From an uncultured delta proteobacterium (GTDB lineage Bacteria; Myxococcota; Myxococcia; Myxococcales; 40CM-4-68-19), in NCBI GenBank assembly GCA_963792275.1, contig CAWBVQ010000016.1:28947-92946 (forward strand): a stretch of 64,000 nucleotides of DNA. Reading direction: 5' to 3'. The notes under the pieces are model-generated. The model was given only the letters and a program-made list of their open reading frames with translations, did not search any database and was not told the DNA's origin. Below are positions 58,277-64,000 of the stretch, piece by piece. A program made the position numbers and the translations under genes. How positions within the stretch are numbered: position 1 is the stretch's first letter; the number at the start of each line of letters is the position of its first letter.

Positions 58277-59953
58277 GTGGAAGCTGCGTCACTGCTGCTG
58301 GAGTTGAAGCGCCGCCGCGTCTTCCGCGCGGTCATCGGCTACGGCGTCGTCGCGTTCGCGGTGCTGCAGATCATCGAGCCGATCATGCACGGGCTGCACT
58401 GGCCGGAGGCGGTGCTCTCCTACATCGTGGTCGCGCTCGCGGTCGGTTTCCCCGTCGTGGTGAGCCTCGCCTGGATCTTCGACGTGAAGGCGGGCCGGAT
58501 CGAGCGGACCGCTCCCGCCGCCAGAGGCTTGAAGGGGACGCGGCTCGCGCTCGTGCTCGCCGGCGTCGGCGTGTTGGCCGCGGTGCCCGGCGTCGCCTGG
58601 TACTTCCTCGCGCATCGAGGCTCGCCCGCGCTCTCCTCCACTTCGCCGGCCGCCGTCGGGGCGGCCACCCCGTCCATCGCGGTGCTGCCCTTCGCGGACA
58701 TGAGCCCCGGCAAGGACCAGGACTGGATGTGCGACGGCATCGCCGAGGAGATCCTCGACGCCCTCTGCACGGTCTCGGGGCTGCGGGTGGCCGCGCGCAG
58801 CTCGTCGTTCCAGTTCAAGGGCAAGTCGGTAGACGTGCGCGAGATGGCGCGCGCGCTCGGCGTCTCGACGTTGCTGGAAGGAAGCGTGCGCAAGATGGGC
58901 GATCGGCTGCGGGTGAGCGCGCGCCTCGTCTCCAGCGACGGCTACGAGCTGTGGACGGACAAGTTCGACCGCGGCCTCTCCGATGCCTTCGTCATCCAGG
59001 ACGAGATCGCCAAGGCGGTGGTGGCGGCGCTCCAGTTGCGCATCCAGGCGGATCCGGCGCGCCGCTCCGGCACCGCCAACCCGCAGGCGTACGAGATGTA
59101 CCTGCGAGGGAGGCAGTACTTCCGCGAGCTGGGCGCCGAGAACGGCGAGCTCGCCCGGCAGATGTTCAAGCGCGCCATCGCGCTCGACCCATCCTTCGCG
59201 CAACCCCAGGCGGGCCTCGCCGACGTCGACGTCAACCTGCTCCAGTGGCGCCTGGTACCGCCCGCGGCACAGGACGCGCTGAGAGCGGAGTCGCTCGGCG
59301 CCATCGAAGAGGCGCTTCGCCTCGATCCGCGCCTGGCAGAGGCCTGGGTAGCGCGCGCCAACCTCATGTCGCTGCTCGACCGTAACGCCGAGGCGGACGA
59401 GAACTTCCGCCGCGCCACCGAGCTGGGACCGGGCCTGCGCGACGCCTGGTACTATTACGGCCGCTTCCTCTTCTCGCGGCAGCGCTACCAGGAGTCGGCG
59501 CGCGCGTATGAGGAGGCGGCGAAGCGCAACCCGGACGACTACGACGCGCTCACGCTCCTCACCATGCCCTATAGCCGCCTGGGCGACGCGGAAAAGGTGG
59601 AGGACGCCCGCCGCCGGTCATTGGAAGCCGCCGACCGGACGCTGAAGAACAGCCCCGACGACGTCCGGGCGCTCTACTTGTCGGGCACCCTCCTCGTCCG
59701 CATCGGCGAGAGGGAAAGGGGCCGCGCGCGGCTCGACCAGGCTGTGTCCTTGCGGCCCACCGACTACGCGGTCCTCTACAACGCGGCCTGCGGCCATGCG
59801 TTGGCCGGCGAGCTCGACACGGCCCTCGACCTGCTCGACCGCGCCGTGGGCACCGGCAAGGGCTTCCGCGCCTGGATCGAGCACGATCCGGATCTCGACC
59901 CGGTGCGCGCCCTGCCCCGCTTCCAGCAGATCCTGGCCCGGCTGCCGCCCTGA
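58277..59953 (+). CDS. membrane-anchored TPR-repeat protein
   Basis: ORF 58277..59953. N-terminal ELKRRRVFRAVIGYGVV plus TM segments, IAVLPFADMS, and C-terminal TPR repeats. Confidence 0.75.
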   Translation: MEAASLLLELKRRRVFRAVIGYGVVAFAVLQIIEPIMHGLHWPEAVLSYIVVALAVGFPVVVSLAWIFDVKAGRIERTAPAARGLKGTRLALVLAGVGVLAAVPGVAWYFLAHRGSPALSSTSPAAVGAATPSIAVLPFADMSPGKDQDWMCDGIAEEILDALCTVSGLRVAARSSSFQFKGKSVDVREMARALGVSTLLEGSVRKMGDRLRVSARLVSSDGYELWTDKFDRGLSDAFVIQDEIAKAVVAALQLRIQADPARRSGTANPQAYEMYLRGRQYFRELGAENGELARQMFKRAIALDPSFAQPQAGLADVDVNLLQWRLVPPAAQDALRAESLGAIEEALRLDPRLAEAWVARANLMSLLDRNAEADENFRRATELGPGLRDAWYYYGRFLFSRQRYQESARAYEEAAKRNPDDYDALTLLTMPYSRLGDAEKVEDARRRSLEAADRTLKNSPDDVRALYLSGTLLVRIGERERGRARLDQAVSLRPTDYAVLYNAACGHALAGELDTALDLLDRAVGTGKGFRAWIEHDPDLDPVRALPRFQQILARLPP

Positions 59954-59993
59954 CCGACACCCCGCGCGGCGCGCGCGGCGCCAGCGCTGTTCG

Positions 59994-60131
59994 TCACCCG
60001 CTCGTTGGTTCCCGCCAGGGCGTCAGGCGCGGAATCCAGCGCGGCACCGCTTTGCGGATTCCCGGCGCGATCACCAGGAAGACGGCAGAGCCGGCGAGCG
60101 CGGTCGCCCGCGCCTTCCAGTCGGGGCGCAC
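59994..60131 (-). pseudogene. in-frame internal-deletion remnant of an ICMT-family methyltransferase paralogue (45 codons)
   Basis: 59993-60058 matches 51857-51925 and 60058-60124 matches 52314-52380 (about 90 percent identical by eye). The translation MRPDWKARATALAGSAVFLVIAPG|IRKAVPRWIPRLTPWREPTSG joins the N- and C-termini of the 51858..52405 gene. Confidence 0.5.
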
Positions 60132-60208
60132 CCTCGCATCCTACTCCTCCGCGGCCGAGGCAAAATCGCGCGCGCCAAGCTCCAGCGATTCGGCAGAAGC
60201 GCGGATGG

Positions 60209-62692
60209 TCATTCGTGCCGTAGCGCGGTCATCGGATCGACTCGCGCTGCCCGGCGCGCCGGCAGGTAGCAGGCGACGAGCGCGACCCCTGCCAGGAGGG
60301 CGATGATGCCCCCGAAGACCGCCGGATCGGTCGCGCTGACGGAGAAGAGGAGCGAGCGCAGCACTCGCGTCACCGCCAGGGCGCCGACGACGCCCAACGT
60401 CAGCCCCGCCGCCGCCAGCGTGAAGCCCTGGCGCACGACCAGCGTGACGACGTCGCGGCGGACCGCGCCGAGCGCCATGCGGATTCCGATCTCCTTCGTC
60501 CGCTGCACGACCGCAACCGCCATCACGCCGTAGATCCCGATGGCCGCGAGCAGGAGCGCGACCGCGGCGAACGCGCCCAGGAGGATGGTCTGCAGCCGCG
60601 GCTGCGCGACGGCTCGCGAAAGCCGGGCATCGTACGTCGACACGGTGCCGACCGCCTGATCCGGATCGAGCCGGCGCACCGTCTCGCGGACGGCCGCGAT
60701 CAGCGCCGCCGGATCGCGCTCTGCCCGCGCGACCAGGAACATGGAAAGACTCCCTTCGGCTCCCTGGGCGTAAGGAACGTAGACGAGAGGCCCGGGCGGC
60801 CGATCGAGCGCGGCGGTGCGGACGTCGTCCGCGACGCCGACGATGGTGAAGCGCTGCGGGCGCCAATCGGGCGGCACCGTTCCGACCGGGGAGAGCTCGC
60901 GCGGAGCATTGGTGGAAATCTCCTTGCCGATGGGGTCCTGCCCGGGGAAATCACGGCGTACCAGCGCCTGGTTGACGATCGCGACCAGCGGCGCCTGCAG
61001 CGTGTCCCGCGCGTCGAAGCTCCGGCCGCTCACGCGGATGCCGAGCGTACGGAAATAGTCTCCCGCCACGACGCGGTACTGGATCTCCGGGAGCTCGTCC
61101 GCGTTGGCGGGCAGCGGCCGGTCCCAGAGGACCAGGCGCTTGCCCCAATTGTCGCCTGCGAGCGGCAAGGCGGACACCGCTCCGGCCCCGCGCACGCCGG
61201 GCAATGCGGCGACTCCCGCGACGAGCTCGTCGAAGAAGGCCGCCGCGCGCGCGGTCGCGCCCGGCGAGAGGGCGCGGATGAGCTTCGCGTCGACGTACTT
61301 GTGCTGGGGGAGCGAGACCTCGGCCGTGAGCACATCCTGGGGGTCGAATCCGAGCTGCACGTGCAGCAGGCGATAGGTGCTCTTCACCAGCAGGCCGGCG
61401 CCGGTGAGCAGCACCAGCGCGAGCGCCACCTCGGCGACGACCAGCGCGCCCGTCAACCGCCGGCGGCCGGGCGGCGCCGCCGCCGAGGTCTCGTTGAGCG
61501 ACTCGCGGAGGTCGATGGCGGACCCATGCAGCGCCGGCGCGATTCCGAAGAGGATTCCCGTGATCAGCGAGGCCGCGAGGGTGAAGGCGAGCACCGGTCC
61601 GTCCACCTTCACGTCGCGCATCCGCGGAAGCACGTCCTGCCCCAGCGCATTGACGGCCGCGGTCGACCAGGTCGCAAGCACCAGGCCGACCGCGCCGCCG
61701 AGCAAGGCCAGCAGCACGCTCTCGGTGAGGAGCTGGCGCAGGATCCGCGCGCGGCTCGCGCCGAGTGCGGCGCGGATGGCGATCTCGCGGCGGCGCGCGG
61801 CAGCGCGGACCAACATCAGATTGGCCAGGTTCGCGCAGGCGATGAGCAGGACGAACGCGACGGCGCCGAGCAGGACCACGACGGCGGGGCGCATCTCACC
61901 CACCAGGGAGTTCTCCAGCGGCTCGAGGTTCAGCCCCAGCTTCCGGGACTCGGGGAATTCCTCCGCGATGCCGCGGCCGATGGCGGCCACCTCCAACCGG
62001 CCTTGCTGGACGGTGACGCCCGGTCGCAGGCGCCCCACCATGCCCAGGAAATAGTTGTTGTGCGAGTTGAGGTTGTCGCCGGGCTCGAAGGAGAGCGGCA
62101 GCAGGAGCTCCGTCTCGCTCCCCAGCCAGGTGAATCCCGCCGGAAGCACGCCGACGACGGTATATGGTTGGCCGTCGATGGAGATGGCGCGGCCGACGAT
62201 GGCCGGGTCTCCTCCGAACCGCGTACGCCACATGCCGTTGCCGAGCAGCGCGACGCGATGAGAACCCCAGCGCTCGTCGTCGAGGGCCAACCCGCGCCCG
62301 AGAGCGGGCACCACTCCCAGCACCCCGAGCAGATCGGAAGAAGTGACGATGGCGCGAACCCTCTGCGGCTCTTGCGCGCCGGTGACGTTCACCGCCTTCC
62401 GGTAGAGCGCCGCCACCGCGGTGAAGCCGTGGCTCGTCTCGCGGAGGCGGTAGAAGTCGGGCGGCGAGGACGCGATCGAAGAGCCGGTGTCGCGCTGGAC
62501 CGTGTCGATCCACATGATCCGCGACGCGTCCGGATAGGAAAGAGGCTGGAGCAGCACCGTGCTGGCCACGCTGAACATGACGGTGTTCGCGCCGATGCCC
62601 AGCGCCAGCGCAAACACGGACACGGCGGTGAAGGCAGGCGCCTTGAGGAGCATGCGCATCCCCAGGCGCACGTCGGCCAGCAAGGTCTCCAT
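60209..62692 (-). CDS. duplicated FtsX/MacB-type ABC transporter permease (ADOP-like)
   Basis: ORF 60209..62698 (829 aa), ATG at 62692. METLLADVRLGMRMLLKAPAFT start, with two FtsX-like 4-TM modules. Intact. Confidence 0.85.
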   Translation of the reverse strand: METLLADVRLGMRMLLKAPAFTAVSVFALALGIGANTVMFSVASTVLLQPLSYPDASRIMWIDTVQRDTGSSIASSPPDFYRLRETSHGFTAVAALYRKAVNVTGAQEPQRVRAIVTSSDLLGVLGVVPALGRGLALDDERWGSHRVALLGNGMWRTRFGGDPAIVGRAISIDGQPYTVVGVLPAGFTWLGSETELLLPLSFEPGDNLNSHNNYFLGMVGRLRPGVTVQQGRLEVAAIGRGIAEEFPESRKLGLNLEPLENSLVGEMRPAVVVLLGAVAFVLLIACANLANLMLVRAAARRREIAIRAALGASRARILRQLLTESVLLALLGGAVGLVLATWSTAAVNALGQDVLPRMRDVKVDGPVLAFTLAASLITGILFGIAPALHGSAIDLRESLNETSAAAPPGRRRLTGALVVAEVALALVLLTGAGLLVKSTYRLLHVQLGFDPQDVLTAEVSLPQHKYVDAKLIRALSPGATARAAAFFDELVAGVAALPGVRGAGAVSALPLAGDNWGKRLVLWDRPLPANADELPEIQYRVVAGDYFRTLGIRVSGRSFDARDTLQAPLVAIVNQALVRRDFPGQDPIGKEISTNAPRELSPVGTVPPDWRPQRFTIVGVADDVRTAALDRPPGPLVYVPYAQGAEGSLSMFLVARAERDPAALIAAVRETVRRLDPDQAVGTVSTYDARLSRAVAQPRLQTILLGAFAAVALLLAAIGIYGVMAVAVVQRTKEIGIRMALGAVRRDVVTLVVRQGFTLAAAGLTLGVVGALAVTRVLRSLLFSVSATDPAVFGGIIALLAGVALVACYLPARRAARVDPMTALRHE

Positions 62693-62834
62693 GGGCACGA
62701 ATCACGCAAGCCTCGTGCCCGGAAGGCGTGGCGGAAAGACCGCTCGAGTCGCGCGATGGTGCCAGCGAGACCGCAAGGCGTGTTCGCTGGTGGGATTGCA
62801 CTGTGCGGTTCCGCAACACAGTGCCGGCCCTCGT

Positions 62835-64000
62835 TCAGTGCTTGCCGAAGAGCGCCTTGAGGCGGCCGCCGACACCGCGCCCGAGGAGCGTGCGGTAGAC
62901 GCGCAGCCCGGTGCTCCACGCCTTGCGCGAGTACGGGTAGTACCAGAAGGCGGGGAAGTTCACGCGCTCCAGGTTGACGTGGCGGACCTCGCAGAAGTCG
63001 CGCAGGCCGTGCTTGCCGTGCACCCGACCGAGGCCCGAGGACTTCACTCCGCCCCAGGGCGTCTCCGGCGCGGCGTGGGTGTAGAGCGTGTCGTTGTGCA
63101 TCACCGTGCCGGCGATGAGCTGGTTGGCGATGCGCTCCGCCTTGGCGCGGCTCCTGGTGAAGACGTAGGCGGAGAGGCCGTACGACGAGTCGTTGGCGAG
63201 CCGGACCGCCTCCTCCTCCGTCCGGTAGGTCATGATCGGCAGCATGGGCCCGAAGGTCTCGTCGCGGACGATGGCCATGTCGGCGGTGGTGCCGGTGAGC
63301 ACCGTGGGCTGGACGAACCGGCCGCCCTCCGGCGTGACCTTGACCTCGCCACCCGTCAGGACCTTCGCGCCGCGGGCCTTGGCCTCGTCCAGGTGCCGGC
63401 GGACGATCTCCACTTGCGCCTGCGTGGTCATGGCGCCCACGTCCACGTCGTGCTGGTTGGGCTCGCCCTGCCGCAGGCGCCGCGCCAGCTCCACCACCTT
63501 GTCGGTGAAGGGCTTGGCCACGCTCTCGTGCACGTAGACCCGCTCCACCGAGGCGCAGGTCTGTCCCGAGTTGGCGAACGCCCCCCAGGCGATCTTCTTC
63601 GCCGCGCTGTCCAGGTCCGCGTCCGGCAGCACGATGGCGGGATCCTTGCCGCCCAGCTCCAGCACGCAGGGGATCATCTGCTCCGCCGCGGCGACGTTCA
63701 CCTTGCGCCCGGTGGCGACGCTGCCGGTGAAGATCACCATGTTGACGCCGGAGCGGATCAGCTCGGCGCCGACGTCGCCCTTGCCCTGGACCACGCCGAA
63801 GAGGCCGCGGGGCAGCCCGGCCTCCTCGAAGAGGAGGCGCGTCTTTTCGAGAATTATGGGTGTGAACTCGCTCGGCTTCACCACCACCGCGTTGCCGGCC
63901 ATCAGCGCTGCCACCGCGTCGCCGGTGGGAATGGAGAAGGGATAGTTCCAGGGCGAGATGATGGCGACGACGCCGCGCGGGTAGAAGCGCAGGTACGACT
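62835..64000 (-). CDS. NAD(P)-dependent aldehyde dehydrogenase, C-terminal ~388 codons (N-terminus beyond right edge)
   Basis: ORF 62835..63914, with the frame continuing to 64000. Motifs [16 protein letters not shown] and [16 protein letters not shown]. Confidence 0.85.
   Translation of the reverse strand, partial: SYLRFYPRGVVAIISPWNYPFSIPTGDAVAALMAGNAVVVKPSEFTPIILEKTRLLFEEAGLPRGLFGVVQGKGDVGAELIRSGVNMVIFTGSVATGRKVNVAAAEQMIPCVLELGGKDPAIVLPDADLDSAAKKIAWGAFANSGQTCASVERVYVHESVAKPFTDKVVELARRLRQGEPNQHDVDVGAMTTQAQVEIVRRHLDEAKARGAKVLTGGEVKVTPEGGRFVQPTVLTGTTADMAIVRDETFGPMLPIMTYRTEEEAVRLANDSSYGLSAYVFTRSRAKAERIANQLIAGTVMHNDTLYTHAAPETPWGGVKSSGLGRVHGKHGLRDFCEVRHVNLERVNFPAFWYYPYSRKAWSTGLRVYRTLLGRGVGGRLKALFGKH

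Noticed and set aside
47100-62700. Classification of the accessory region as a mobile genetic element.
   Set aside because: No integrase, transposase, conjugation gene, tRNA attachment site or terminal inverted repeats were found. Only compositional and gene-content hints exist, plus the methyltransferase-derived direct repeats.

Overview
High-GC bacterial chromosomal segment (about 70 percent by eye, not computed) with roughly 60 genes. I recognised no rRNA, tRNA, CRISPR array, transposase or integrase. The repertoire looks Myxococcota-like: a Ser/Thr kinase flanked by FHA proteins, a sigma-54 activator, ECF sigma factors, many TPR proteins, MutS2, TreY/MalQ and an ADOP-type permease. That taxonomic guess is inference only. 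From 1 to 47.1 kb the content is mostly housekeeping: topA, dprA, LysM/CpoB-like/PgeF envelope genes, two KamA-family radical SAM genes around an M50 protease, relA, the kinase/FHA module, mutS2, a sigma-54 two-component-like cluster, treY-malQ and rnr. It continues with an ECF sigma/anti-sigma pair followed by a pterin module (folE, PTPS/QueD, SDR, FAD oxidase), ribA, and a 2-oxoacid dehydrogenase operon with embedded lipA and a lipB-Nudix fusion. From 47.1 to 51.9 kb there is a visibly lower-GC accessory islet: a sigma remnant, a DUF4236-like gene, a HIRAN gene, an MNT/HEPN toxin-antitoxin pair, a PIN remnant and a TerB-like gene. From 51.9 to 62.7 kb there are accessory genes (P450, methyltransferase, lipoprotein, VOC, beta-barrel OMP, AraC, hydrolase, TPR protein, orphan duplicated permease), bracketed by two copies of the ends of one methyltransferase gene. 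The most striking global property is about 45 reading-frame breaks interrupting about 17 recognisable genes. Roughly two thirds need one base removed and one third need one base added, and there is also one in-frame TAG. The breaks are clustered, while long neighbours (relA, treY, malQ, rnr) are intact. All functional calls come from motif recognition in the supplied translations or my own hand translations; no searches were run.
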